Positions 14,103 to 28,000 of a DNA stretch of 64,000 nt are shown piece by piece. The position numbers were made by a program, and so were the translations under genes. The stretch's first letter is position 1; each line of letters begins with the position of its first letter. The DNA lies in assembly GCA_043228905.1 (NCBI GenBank), contig JBHGNT010000001.1, positions 11,594,001-11,658,000 of the forward strand. Reading direction: 5' to 3'. Origin of the DNA: Azolla caroliniana (lineage: Eukaryota; Plantae; Polypodiophyta). The notes beneath the pieces were generated by a model that worked only from the letters and a program-made list of their open reading frames with translations, was not told where the DNA came from and searched no databases.

Positions 14103-16159
14103 CAATAGTAGTATGCATACCTTACTCCATCCAGAGTTGCATGATGTTTACTTGATGAAGTAGCTGAAGACACAAACTTAGATTCACTGGTAAAGAGTGA
14201 GCGTGTAACTTCCTTAAACGTAAATCTTCATCTCAAGGGCCTGAAGCTGGTCGTATTGTACACAATTGTTTGCTTCAATTTGTTTCCAAGTACTGTGATT
14301 GCCGATGGTGGTCAAGGTATATTGATCGTCGAAACATCCATGTGGGTCTTCGAAGATTTTTCCAACACAATTTATTGTCTATGATGTTTTTTGGACTGGG
14401 AGAGCTTGCTCAAAGATCAATTGATCTTCTATTTATGTACAGTGTGCCAACGTTATACATCAGGGGTAGTGGTTTTTTATTATATTGAGAGACATTGTTC
14501 TACAGATATATTTATCTAGATTCTGCACATGTATTATTATGAAGTGATATGCATACACAGTAAAAAAATATACCTGTTATGGCATCAATCATTCTGTCAT
14601 TTAATTTCCTCTTTTGGCCAAATGTTAAGTTCTTTATATAGAGGGAAATCATTGGTTTCAGATTACACACGGAAATCAAATTGCTGAAAGAGAAGAGAAG
14701 CCAAACTCTTCTATATACATGTAATTCTTGCATATCTAATATGTTTATCTTTTTATAGTCATGTATGTTTTTAATGTTTTACCTCCATAATCGTGTAACA
14801 TTCTATTTAATTTAATTTCTTTTGGACCGATAAATATGTTTGTTAGGTGTCTTATTTATTTAAGGACCAGTGTTGAAAATCAATCAAAAGTTTATGTTGA
14901 TGTCTCTTTCATTCGTTCTTGTGTTAAAAAGAAATGTGTGTGTGTGTTAACAACTATGATTGTTCATCGTCAAGAATCAGTATCCTTTGCTGTTGATTGA
15001 ATATCTCTTTTGTCAACTTCAAGGTTCTATGTATCTTCTTATTAAGATGTCTTTGTTATTTTTTTTAGGATGCCTTCTGGTTGGATTACCATCATTTCAG
15101 CATTTATATGGATAGTGTGTAATTTTATCATTTCAAATTCTTTTGTTATGCTTGGCTTTGCTAATTATGTATCATATGGATGATTGCTTGTGGTTTTCTT
15201 TAGTAAGGTCTTATGGTGTTGCTCATTTGGGGTACATCTCTTGTGATGGCATAATTGCCTCATAAAGATATGAGAGATGTGAAATTGTATAGGGTTGGTT
15301 AAGCACTTGTTCTGGTGTTCTGATAGTTTGCTATTAAAGCCAGCATGTTTTGAAAAGAATTTGGCATTTACCTCCACTACACAGACAAAAACAAGGTGTG
15401 GAATGAGTTGCTATGGATTTTATGTTGATGAAATGTGGAATGTCTTAATTTCTATGATTTTCTCTTTCTTAAAGGATTTGAATTTCGCCTATGTTACAAA
15501 TAGAGAGAATAGAAGCGAGTAAATTGATGTGGTTATAGGTGATGAACTCATCTTGGTGATCATTAACTACTCATGCCTTTCTTACCTCACACCCATTATT
15601 TCTACCTTGGCTCGTCCACAAAATCCATTGTTTCACAAGCTTGCTATATTAATTGCTGTCCGATGGGTGTGTACATGGTCGGAATGTCATATAGTGTGTA
15701 AAACAAAAGTGTAAAATGGCTAAGATAAATAGTCATCGAGGGAGCACTAGTAGGCAACAATTGTTGGTTAGTTGGTCAATATCTATTTTGTTAAAGTTAA
15801 ATTGTTGGGTAGCAACCTGTCCAAAATATGTGTAAAAACGGACTAAAGGGTTGTTAGTCTAAAACCCAATATTATGAACCATAGAATAGAAAATTGGTAC
15901 CTAATTTGAGTATGGATTGCTTTGTGTACAATGTTGTTTTAGCTTGTATGGTACGTATCGTAGCCCATCAATGCTTCTCTTTGTTTATTTTTTCCTTACA
16001 CTTGCCTATACTTGCTGATTACTTAATGTGCTATCAAAATCATTGAGCGTCAAAACCAATTTCTACTTCCAAGGGTTGTAAAGGTCTAGTGGCTTTAAGT
16101 CGCTTGGCTTTGTTAACTTGACACTGGTGACATTTAGTCACATAGCTATGTATGTTAGG

Positions 16160-19100
16160 ACTTATCTTAGGCCAATAGAATTGAGTGGAGATGAGAACGA
16201 GTGTGCGATGTATTCCAGGGTGCGTTGCTGAGGGTGCATCATAGCATTAAAAAAGAATTCTCTTTTTGACCTCACGGAAATTTGGGACACAAACCTTCCC
16301 ATTACGGTAGAGCAGACTGTTAGCAATGTAGAAGGATTCCTTCGAGGATGTGGTGGTGTCTGTTCCAGACTCAACTCTTGCCCATTATTTCGCAAAATAA
16401 CTATCATCAAGATACTTTCCTCGAAGGTGATCATAAAGATCTGATGTTATTTCAGTGAAGCTAAGCATGTTAACTTCACGGATGCGACTCCATGCATCAG
16501 TGACAGTGTTCATGGAACCTTTACGATATCGTATGGAAAAATCAAAGTCCTGGATGAGATTTGCCCATCGTGCCTTACGGCCTTTAAGGACTTGTTGGTC
16601 ACAAAAATATTTCAAGGACTCATGGTCCGCAGTTACCACAAAACGATTTCCATAAAATGGCACCATGTCTTGAGTGCATGAATAACTGCAAATAATTCCT
16701 TTTCTTGAACGGTATATCGACATTGAGCAGAATCAAGTTTTTTACTCTTGACTGCTATTGGTTTACCATCTTGATATAAGACAACACCTATAGCATAATC
16801 GCTTGCATTGGTTTCAACCTGAAAAGGTTTTGAAGGATCTGGTAAAAGAAACGAAGGAGCCTTGCACACCAGGTCCTTGAGTTCCATAAAGGCAAGGTCT
16901 AGTGTAACATTCTACACAATAGGTTTTGTATACTTACGTGTTTGACCTTTGAGAATATCAGTAAACGATGTCGTCAGTTGGGAGTAATTACGAAGAGATT
17001 TTCGCAAAAACCCAACAAAACCAAGGATGATCGAACTTCTCGAATATTCCGAAGAGTGGGTCAAAGTTTGACTTTCTCGATGCGAGAAGGATCAATTTCA
17101 ACTCCTCATTCGGTTATGAGATGTCCAAGATAAGTAATTGATTTCTTGAAGAACTCACATTTTGAGATCTTCGTGTAGAATTGCTTGTCACGCAATGTTT
17201 GTAAAACAAAGCGTACATGTTTAGCATGTTCTTCTAATGTACGACTATCAACTAGAATATCATCCAAGAAAATAATTACAAATTTTCCAAGTTGTTCTCA
17301 GAAAATGTCATTCATTTCTTGTTGAAATGTGGCTAGAGCATTGGTCAAACCGAAAGCAATGACCAAAAACTCATAATGGCCATAGCACACACAAAATGTT
17401 GTTTTAGGAACATCTTCCCCACTTATACGAATTTGATGGTAGCTTGTACGGAGATCAAGTTTCGTAAAATACCGAGCCCCCTAGAGACGGTCAATTAGAT
17501 CGTCAGCCCGATGAATTCTTGATCGTCACTTTATTCAAGTGTCGGTAATTAATACACATACGCCATGTGCCCTCTTTCTCTTTTACCAAGAGAACAGGTG
17601 CACCCCATGGAGATTTACTATAACGTATATAACCCATTCGTAAATAGTCCTTGAGTTGCTTCTAGATACCTCATCCTCTTCGGATCGACTTAAACGATAA
17701 GGAGGTATACTTATTGGTGCAACATCAAGGACAATATCTATATGATGGTCTATATTACGTTTAGGAGGTAACCAATGTGGTAGTTCACTCGGAAAAACAT
17801 CACGAAAATCATTTAAGATTTCATCGAGTTGTTGTTCAAAATATGATAATTGACCCGAGACATTATCGATATTATAAACGTGAATGTTCGGATCAAGTAC
17901 ACAATAAAATAAAGAAGAACAAGACAACTCGGATATTGATGGAGAGTAAAAAATCGAAAGAGATTGTTTTTGACACATTAAATAAAATCAGTACAATCGT
18001 CTAGTACAAAAGTAATTGAATGGTGAACCCAATCAATAAATAAAGAATAGTTTTTATGATAAAACCAGGGATAACCCAATATTACATCAGTGGTACAAAG
18101 ATTCATTACATGGAAGTTTACTTCCTCTATATAAGTATCAATAGAACTTCCTAATGAATGAATTGCCCCGTTGATGTATTGTACTCTTCCATCAACCAAG
18201 TGCACCTTATAGGTGTGGTCACTTATGGTGGGTTGGATTCCCCATATCTGAACCAATCGATCATTCACAAAGTTGTGTGAGCTTCTCGAATCAAATAAGA
18301 ATTGTACGGGAGATCCATTGATATACCCGTTTGCACGTAGTAAATCATTGGGTCCCAATACATAGTGAGGGAAAGAACATTTACAATTACTTAGATGATG
18401 TGTATAGACCTCAAGGACATTAGAATTCTGACCTTTATGGTCTACAACTTTGGTTTTGTTGTCGTGCTCTTTACGTTGGAGCTTCCGACATTGCTCTTTT
18501 GTATGGCCCTTCTTTAAATTGCAGAACACGCAAAAAGTATTTTGTCGTTTATAACTGTGATCCATGAATTCGTTGGGTGTCTTGCGTTTCCCAGCAAATT
18601 GTGATTGCTTAGGCCCGGGTGCTTCGGGTTTGTTATGGTCCTTCTTTGAAGTGCGTTTATAACGAAGAACAATTTCAACAGCTTCTTCAAAGGATTTTGG
18701 ATCCTTATTATGCACTATCTAGTGATAGTCCGAATTAGGGACGCCATTGACAAAATAATCTATTAACCAATTGTCCCCTTCTAGACCTGATTTTTGGATT
18801 TGGGTTCTAGCATGGTGAACATAGTCTTCTAGCACGGATTTTTTTTGGCTAGAGAGGTTCATTAAAGCTTGTGCAGCCTTGATTCGAGATGGAGGTTGTA
18901 GAAATTGTCCGTGGAAAACTGTGACAACGTTTGTCCAAGTATCGAGCAATCTCCCCATAGTGCGAAGCCCACACCACTAAGCGGCAACCTCACCCCCTAG
19001 TTCTCGATTGACATATGCAATCTTCGTACTATCTGGCTTGGGATAGAGATCAAAATGAAACTCCCATCGGCCCAGCCACATGCAGATTGCTTCTTCGGTT

Positions 19101-19370
19101 CTTTCCTTTTTTTCTCCCGTAAATGGTTTTACGACAAACGATGGTTCACCTTGATGCTCATCGGGTCTATTAGTATCATGTTATATACTAATGATACGTG
19201 CCTCGAGAGCACTATGAGATTGCCGAAGTTCGGACATCACATGCAAGGTAGAATTAGGGAAATTTTGTCTTTGTAAAACATATGACTCAATGGGGATTGG
19301 CCTAGGAGGATTTCCTTGAATTCCTTGCACTTGTGCGGATGCCATCGAGTCATTATTATGAGCCATTGAA
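16160..19370 (-). mobile_element. Degenerate Ty3/gypsy LTR retrotransposon internal region (gag-PR-RT-RNaseH, truncated before integrase)
   Basis: Gag zinc knuckle CVFCNLKKGHTKEQC, protease FLFDSRSSHNF, RT entry LPPKRNIDHHI..PPYRLS, an FLDDIL-like RT motif, and RNaseH PFQVETNASDYAIGVVL..QEKELFAVIHALKTW. Many stops and frameshifts. Confidence 0.9.
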
Positions 19371-20589
19371 TGATAATTTCAGGCAAAGAAATAGGATAAG
19401 GTTAGACAAATAGTCATAACATTATGTCGTGATGTAAACATATCATTAGCAAACTTTAATTGATATCATGATCTCTTGTCAATACCCCTCTAGATGTATG
19501 AGATGAGGTTGAAGATCAGGTTACTATGGTAGCACAAAGGTGTTTAAAAACCATGGGGGTGACAAATGAATGTCTTACCCTGATCTCTATATCGATTTTT
19601 TCATGGCGGCTTCCTGAGGCTCAACCATATATGTTTGCGTCATGAATAGTTTAAGCACGAAAAAATGTTAACAATAAACTATGTCTCTGTGCCCACCCAT
19701 GGGGTTTCAACTCTTTCAGTCCTATTATGAGGACCTCGAAGTGCACTTAGACCTAAAATCTAACCATGTGTTATAGTCACATGTATCAACAATGTTGCAT
19801 GGTCTTGGTCATATTTGACCTCGAGACCTCAAGAACAAATGCATTAAATACTTGAGCTAACCAAATATTTTGCTCGTGGTGAATGTTTAATATTTTATGT
19901 GTATAAGAGATATGCAAACACATTTGCCCATATATGTTTTTTAGCCCTCGTTTACTACAAAACTATGTTGGTACGTTACCAACCTCAAGTCTCATAATTA
20001 CGATGGCATACGCCAAAGTGCAACCTAATGGTCAAGCCAAATGAACCTTCTTTTCGTAGTAGGCCCACATGGCCCATCGCATGGTTACGTCATTAAGAAT
20101 GCCTTCTGTAATGATGATTTCATGATGGCCTCGTATCCATGTAACGAGGGAGGGATGTTGGATACGTGTGTCATAGGAGCAACCTCACATGAAGTGGGTC
20201 AAGCCCTATCTATGCTCTCAAAATCATTGTGCCTATGTTCATTTCGTTATAACGCGTAGCGAAATTGAAGTGACCAACAGGGATGAAAAAATTTAAAAAA
20301 TTGTTGAAAAAAAGGATGGTGACGACACCATTCTCACAAAAACGTTACGATAGCCACGAAGATCCTTTCCCCGAAAAGGACAATGTTCGATATACAAAAT
20401 CACGTAATAACTAATATACACATATGTATGTTTATCACATGTATACGATCAAATATGTATACATGTGACCACACATGCGTATAGTAAAAAAAACTCATAA
20501 CATAAAATAGCCAACAAATGATGAAATCGAGACATGTGATCGAGGCATATAGCCTCTAAGCACACGAAACATCCAAAAATAAGGCTGAA

Positions 20590-20800
20590 CGTAATACACA
20601 ATTGAGGTATTGACCTCTTACGCATACAACACCAATCGCATATCATTTATATAGAAATTGAGGTATTCACCTCATACGCATACATAACATATGTATGTGA
20701 ACGTAATACGCAATTGAGGTATTAACGTCGTACACATACGACACGAATCACATATTATCAAATATATGTCAAATGAGGTATTGATCTCATACACATATGT
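20590..20800. repeat. Short tandem repeat, about 4 copies of about 57 bp
   Basis: aattgaggtatt..c(t/g)(c/t)(a/t)tac(g/a)catac recurs at about 20600, 20657, 20712 and 20772. Confidence 0.65.
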
Positions 20801-21471
20801 ATACGTTTTATACAACCAATCTATTACCACTACAACATCATTGAATCAATAAAAAAAATACATATTGACTATACATGATTAGATTGGGAGAAGAAAGAAT
20901 AGAAAAAAAAATCAGAAAGAGTTACAGAAGTTCGCTTGTTAATGCCTTTCTGAATCAAGGTCGACTGCACACCGATCGATCGCCATCCATCAAAAGAAAA
21001 CAATCAACAAACGAAACATTAGAAACATGGCCAAATGTAAGAGTTATGTTCTAAAGTAAGCATGAGATAAGGATATAATAGATATAAAATAAGAAAGGAG
21101 AGAGAGTAAGAAGGGTGCCGATTCATCTGACCACCTCTGAGTGAAGGGATTAAGACAAACTCGAGCCTCGATCGGCGTCCCATACCACCGCCATGGCGTC
21201 GAGTCGTACCTGGTGCTAGCGCACTCGCTACAAGAGTTGAACGACCATTATGACAGAGTCTCGACGTAGTTGATAATGTATCAAATGAGGGTAGCTAGGC
21301 CTCATATTTATAGCTAGATCTAAGGCCCCCAGGCAAGTCCACACTTGGCCTAATGGGTCGTCCCAATCCCAAGGATTAAAAGCAATCCTTTACTTCTTTA
21401 CACTCTTGTTTAACCCTCACATTTTATCCACGTGTATAGAATACTACGATAAAACTTACCATGCGATATGG

Positions 21472-22764
21472 TCATGCCCGTAACAAATGTGCTTTGCCAA
21501 GGATTAGACATATAAATTTGTCCTTTCTATTTCTATTGATTCTCATGCCCAAAATTTGCTCTGCATTTCCCGAATCTTTCATATAGAAGACCGATTTCAG
21601 TTGATCTTTTAGAGCATCAAGACTAGTCTTTCTTTTCCCAACTATCAACATATCTTCCACATATAGAACAATTATGATGGGATTGTCATTGATATCCTTT
21701 CTCGTGTATAAACAATGATTTGCATAGCTACGATCAAAACCTTGAGAAAGCTTAAAAATATCAAACTTATTTTACCACTGTCGTGGTGCCTATTTTAGGC
21801 CATACAGGCTACATTTTAGTTTGCATACCAAATGCTCCTTGTTAGGGACTACAAAACCCTCAAGTTGTTTCATGTAGATCTCTTCATCAATATTACCATG
21901 CAAAAAATCAGTCTTTACATCCATTTGGTACAACTCCAGATTAAGCATTGCAGTGAGAGCAAATAACACATAAAGTGTGGTCATCTTCACAAAAGGAGAG
22001 AAGACCTCTTGGAAATCAATACCTTCCTTGCATTTTGGTTTCCCTTCGATTTTCTTTACTTTATAAACCCACTTATTTGGAAGAACTTTCCTTTCTTCAG
22101 GTAAGGACACAAGATCCCAAGTATCATTTGCTTACAACGATTTATTTTATTTCTCCATGAATGGCAAGCTCCCACTTACTCTAAGTTCACATGATATTGC
22201 CTCTTTATAAGTAAGAGGTTCACTCTCATCTGACAACATGATATAATGCAAAGAGAGGTCATATCTATATACCTACCTCCTTAAACGATTAGACCTACAT
22301 ACCCAATTATCAATATTTTTTGGGATTGGTTCTAAATCTAGAGGAAAATTAGTTTCAACACTTTCTGGTTGTTGCAAACCATGTCTAACATGTTGTTCAA
22401 CACCTATATTTTGTTGTTCAGTACCTTCATCTTGTTGTCCAACTTCTTCCGGCTCAAGGATAACCGATCGATCATCGTATTCAACCTTTGGCATAACATC
22501 ATGAGGTTTATCTTCAGATTTTGTGGATGGTTGTAATTGTTGAAATGTAACACTCTTAGAGTTCCCAATAGAGGAACAAGCATTTTTGAACAATGTTTCT
22601 TCATTAAAAACAATATCCCGGCTACGTACAATTTTTCTGGACTGAGGTAACCAAATCCTATAGCCTATTTCACCTTCATCACGATAGCCCATAAAAATTC
22701 TCATGGTGGACTTAACATCGAGCTTGTTTCTCAACTCACTTCTAATGTGTGGGTGAAAGAATGC
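21472..22764 (-). mobile_element. Ty1/copia pol remnant (post-integrase region and RT)
   Basis: RNKLDVKSTMRIFMGY..GYRIW..RSRDIVFNE, KVLPNKWVYKVK, LELYQMDVKTDFLHGNIDEEIYMKQ, LVCKLKCSLYGLK, YVEDMLIVG. Confidence 0.92.
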
Positions 22765-23039
22765 GAGTGGAAACAATTAGCTATGTCCTTGACATAGCTA
22801 ATTAGCTATGCAAAAAGCTATCGGTGATAAATCGTCATTTTTGCACCATGAATGAAAACATTAGAATGTTGTAATTATATAAATGAGCACCATAAATGTG
22901 CAACATAAACGTGCAACAACAATGGATATGTGCACCATAAATTATATATCGAATTCCTAGGTCCATTATGCATGATCCATTGCCACATCACGTTGGGCAT
23001 CACTTTGTGACTATTCAGGCTTAGATTACTGCCACTGTT

Positions 23040-23480
23040 CGTAAACCCTATTGAGTCCACTCCTCCATTGCTGCCATTCTACACTCAGTTGCCGCCACTG
23101 TTCGGTCTAAGCATCATCTGCTATTGTTCGCTCCTATTGAGTTCACTCCTCCATTTCCGCCATTCTACACTCAGTTGTCGCTACTATTCGGTCATGGATT
23201 GCTGCCACTGTTGAATCTGACAGAGTTCACTCCTCCATTGCCGCCATTCTACACTCAGTTGCCGCCACTGTGCGTTCCAAGCATCATCTGCCACAGTTGT
23301 TCGATCTAACGGAGTTCAGTCCTCCATTGCCACCATTCTACACTCAGTCGCCGCCACTATTCGGTCCTAGATTGCAATAACTGTTCGATCTGACGGAGTT
23401 CAGTCCTCCATTGCCGCCATTCTACACTCAGTTGTCGCTACTGTTCGGTCCTGGATTGCAGTAATTGTTCCGTCTGTTGA
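23040..23480. repeat. Minisatellite, about 5-6 copies of a 60-85 bp unit
   Basis: gagttca(c/g)tcctccattgccgccattctacactcagttgccgccactgttc recurs at about 23053, 23139, 23224, 23312 and 23396. Confidence 0.9.
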
Positions 23481-24240
23481 TTATCTTGTGTATTGTTGTG
23501 TTATAATAATACTGTGTATTGCGGAATAATTTTGTGTATTGTTGTTGCCCATAGTCATCTTAGCTCGTTCCCGACAGTGGTTGAGTAGCTTTCACTCCGT
23601 TGCAACAAACATAAACTTACCAATGGTGGGATCGTTCCTGTCAATAACTGTTTTGCATGTGGTTTAGTAACTAGCTACATGTCTTTTTTTGTGGAAATTT
23701 ACTAATGAATATGTCAAGCGAAATGGAAGAGGAAGGAGGGTGTTTACCAATACCCCTCATGGATCATCAGGATAGGGATGCCGCTATCAGGACACAACAA
23801 GCGATATCAAAGTATTGGACAGAAAAAAAGGAAACATCGTCAATTGTTGAAGCATACGAAAGCCACATGCACTAAAGGTAAGGATAGTATTTGTTTCGAT
23901 ATAGGTCTGAATACCATTGAGAATGGAAGTAATGAGATTACTATCATAGAGAGAAAGGTTGTAGACTATTTCAATGTTCAGACCAAACTCATCAACAATG
24001 AAGACAAGAAGGTAGTACTTTATGGAATATTAAATGATCCATTAATGAAGGAGTTAGTTGATTGTGATGGTCTTAATGCAAACATAACATATGTACTAGT
24101 AAATAATCTCCGCAATAGTTTTGTATCCATGAGTAGGTCAGAAGATGATCTTGTTTTAAAAAGGTCTAGTCTAATGATGTTACTTAATAGTGATGTTGAC
24201 GATCTTAACATCATTGTGCTATCTAAGGTAATTGGTGTTA

Positions 24241-24277
24241 AACACCAGGTCATTTGAAACAGGTAATATGTCGTATT
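24241..24277 (+). repeat. Left terminal inverted repeat
   Basis: aacaccaggtcatttgaaacaggtaatatgtcgtatt. Confidence 0.95.
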
Positions 24278-25003
24278 CTCTTTTGGCATAGTTGGCCAGA
24301 TGTAGAAAAGTACCCTATTTTAGCCTGATATCGAAAATATACGATGCATGCGTACCCCTTTTGCGACTTGATGGTTAAATATAGAACAAAAAAAACCTAG
24401 CAATTACTAAATTGTATATGTGTCCACATTCGTGTCAATTTGCATATCATGGAGCACAATTGAAGACTTGGTTCAATATAAAGTTCTAAAATTGGTATCC
24501 ATATTCAAATTGTAGAGTAAAACTACATAAACCGTAATTATAAATATGTGGTTTTGGGTTTAGGAATAAAGTAGTACCCCACTTGTTGGACGGGTATATC
24601 GATAGTTTCATTGTATAATGTCATATAGTTCATGACAATGTAATTGGTAAGAGTAAAAATTACGTACGACATTCATTTATACTATGTGGAACCAGTAGAC
24701 TTGAACCGTAGGTAACTAAAAACCTCTTATTATAAAAAACATTCGCCTTTTCATATACAGTCATGCTAACGGAAATGAGAAATTACAATATCATGTTAAT
24801 ATCTCAAACTGAAGAAGAGCATGGTGACCAATTATATGTAAATACAAACTACGGTTCCAATAATGATTAAAAAGGGAAATTATGAACAGGTGAATTTAAT
24901 TAAACGATAAACAATTACAGATGTTCTCATATACAAATATAATATGAAGTGATGGTGAACATTATGCCTCAAAATCCTCAATTTTTACATTACGCCATCT
25001 ACA

Positions 25004-28000
25004 TCAATCTATAAGCAAATCAGGCAGAGCAGGCTCCTCTGGCGCTGATTGTTCTAGACTATTTTCATTCGTGTCATCTCCAAGCTCTCCCGAATCTAAT
25101 GTATGGTCAAACTGTGCTACATCTTCCAGGTCCACCAGCTCCCCCGCTTCTTCATCAATTGGTTCCATTGGTTCTCGTGAAGTCATCTGGAACATCTCTG
25201 TCTCGTTGATGTGTTTTGCTCCGACTTCTTGATCTTGATCTGGACAGTCCCAGATTCCTGTGATCCTCATTTTGATGAAGTTAACTTGAGCAGGGTCCTT
25301 CTCCAATGCAACACAGTTTCCAAACATCTTCAATGCACAAGCTGTCGTTGTACCTAATGGTCGCATGAACACAAACAAGTATATATAAGAAGTAACATCT
25401 TAAACTTGATCGACAAGATTGAAATTAAATATATATATTATACCTGTGCCAGAGAACAAGTCTAGGACCCAATCATCTGGATTCGAGAAGAGCTCTATGA
25501 TGCGGTTGATCAATCTTTGAGGTTTTTGATAAGGGTTCACCATACTTTTATCCCCTGACACATGTCTTAATTTTTTGGTTATAGCTGGGCACATGATGTA
25601 GTTAACCATGTTACGCTCATTGACATGTGATCTAGCCTTCTTCTTTGTAATTGAATCATAGTAGCCCACACAAAAATGTTCGACCGCACTAACCATTCGA
25701 TCGCCAGGGCTACGTGTAATATTTGTTTTGATCCTATAGAGAAAGAAAATCAAGTATTAGAGGTGTAAATGTGTACATATAATAAGTACTATAATGAGTA
25801 AAAGCGAACTATAACGCACCAATGCATGTGTTCAGTGGCATGACAACGAGACTTCAAAGCTGTTGTGACTGACAGTGATTGCCCCATGCTATGAAATATG
25901 ACTATCCTCCACAAGGGGGCCAATGTCAGTTCTGCGAAATCCTTTACCATTTTCTCTATCTGAGGGTACTTGAAAGGCACATCATCATATGTTGATCCCG
26001 CAATACGGAAACCATATGGTATGTCAGCTATCAGCAAAGTGTAGTGCCTTCTCGGTAACAGTTCGAGCATCTGGGATACTTCGCCATTGAAAACACTATA
26101 ATGAAGCTGTTTGAAAGGATCAGACCTATGCAAAAAACTCTTTACAGTCTCCGAATCCTCGGGCAGTTCCATTTCCTTCCCTTTGGTCATTCTCTTCTCA
26201 TATTTCACATGTTCTAAGTGCGTGATGAAGACCGCTGGAATACCGTCATTATTGTCGTTGTTCTTTTTCGATTTTGATGGTTTCTGCAAGTGTCATTGTT
26301 GTTAGCAGGGAACATTAGTTTCTAACATATCAACATTCAAAAGACACATACCCATTCTCTAAATACAATAAAATATTCTTCCAATGCCTTGTAGGAAGAA
26401 GTTATCGGGTAGGCTTGTTAAACTTCTTCCCATGTCGGTAAACTCAGTTTTTGCATCATCAACTCCTGAATCTTCATGTATACCTTGTGACTGCACAATC
26501 AATATGAAATTAGAAATAAGATATTCAAAATAATTGAAGACTTTCATGAAAAGGTATACTATAAACACTTACTTTTGCAAGTCTGTTACCATCTCGTCCA
26601 AACTAAATTCCTTGGCGACCACTCGAGATAGCACGGATATTAACAATCTATCATCTTTGATACCTTGTAATGATCTCCAAGGTAAAAGTTTCATGTCCTC
26701 TGCTAACTCCTCGATTACCAAGTCGCTTTTTCCCTTGGTCTTTGATTTCATCTCAACTTGTGGATCAATTCTTCCCTTTTTTGATCTTTGCCCCTTGACT
26801 TCTTTCCGCTCCCACATAGAGAATATTTTGTCTTGGAGATCCCACACCTCTCCGGTCCGAAAAGCTAGTTGAAACCAAGAATCATATTTTCGGAGACCTT
26901 CGGATTTGGTACTCTCATCCACTGCAATCCCTACTTCCAATAAACACTGGCGTCGCAATCCAGGCCACAATCTTGGACCAAAATGATTCAAGGCATCCAG
27001 GTATTCATGATGAAAAAATCTTATCCTCTCTATACATGACATCTTTTGCCTATAATCGTTGTCATTGTTATGGTCCCATGCGAGCAGCTTCGCCTCCTCG
27101 TGAGTTAGTCCTGCATATACCATACATTCGGCGTACTTGAAGAACGACGTGAGAGGATATTCTTTGACAAGCTGTCGTCGAGATTCGGCCGAATGTGATC
27201 CTCCAATTACATAGTATGTGTAATCGTCTGCAGAGCTATACTTGAAATCTGCTACTGTTGGGCATTGTTCTTGATCAACCATTACCAAAAATGGCACCAC
27301 AGTAGCGTGAGGATTGATTTTCATTTTGCTTTTCAGGTTTTGCACATGGACGGAGTGCGGCTCCCTAATTTCCAAGGGATGTCTTCCAGTCACGGGGTCA
27401 ATGGGGGGCCTTTGGATAGAAGTAATGGGCAAATGAAATAGCTGGCCCCTGCGCACAAGTTTAGTCTTCACAATATTTTCTCTTATTTTATTTTGTTCTG
27501 ACGTCAGGACACCAGAAGATAGTTGTCCGCCTGGAGCCACGACGTCGACTTGTTGGTCGTCTTCTTCTTCCACGAACTCTAATATTTCTTCTTCTTCTTC
27601 TTCGGGTCGTGGTCGTTTAGTATATTTCTTTTGAACAGGATTTGTCTTCCTAGACTTTTTCGGTGGAGTTTCTGCTTCACCGGTCATCATCTCTCCTGTC
27701 ACGTACGGCCGAAGAGCTACCAACAAGTTATTTTTCGTTTGCAGGTCTTTACGCAAAGCCTTGGGATTGCAAGATTTTGGTACTAGGTTTCCCTCATCAA
27801 GTCGCAATCGCCTGTTGCCAACTGAGCTCGAGACGTCGATTAAAATACTTGTAGAGTCAATGTCTTCGTACTCTAGCTTGGTTACATGCCCGTAATTAAA
27901 TGTTTTTCTAAGCTTAAGTTTCCCTTCCCCATCCGATTTTGCCGTTATCAATAACATCACCCCATCCTCCTCGACATAGGAGAGACACCATTCAAGTTCG

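Noticed and set aside
21046-21470. Possible LTR fragment between the gypsy and copia remnants
   Set aside because: It has a TATA-like motif, but no partner LTR, clear TG..CA ends or TSD could be established.
23040-23480. CRISPR-like appearance of regularly spaced repeats
   Set aside because: The intervening sequences are related to each other, there are no cas genes, and the context is eukaryotic. It is a minisatellite.
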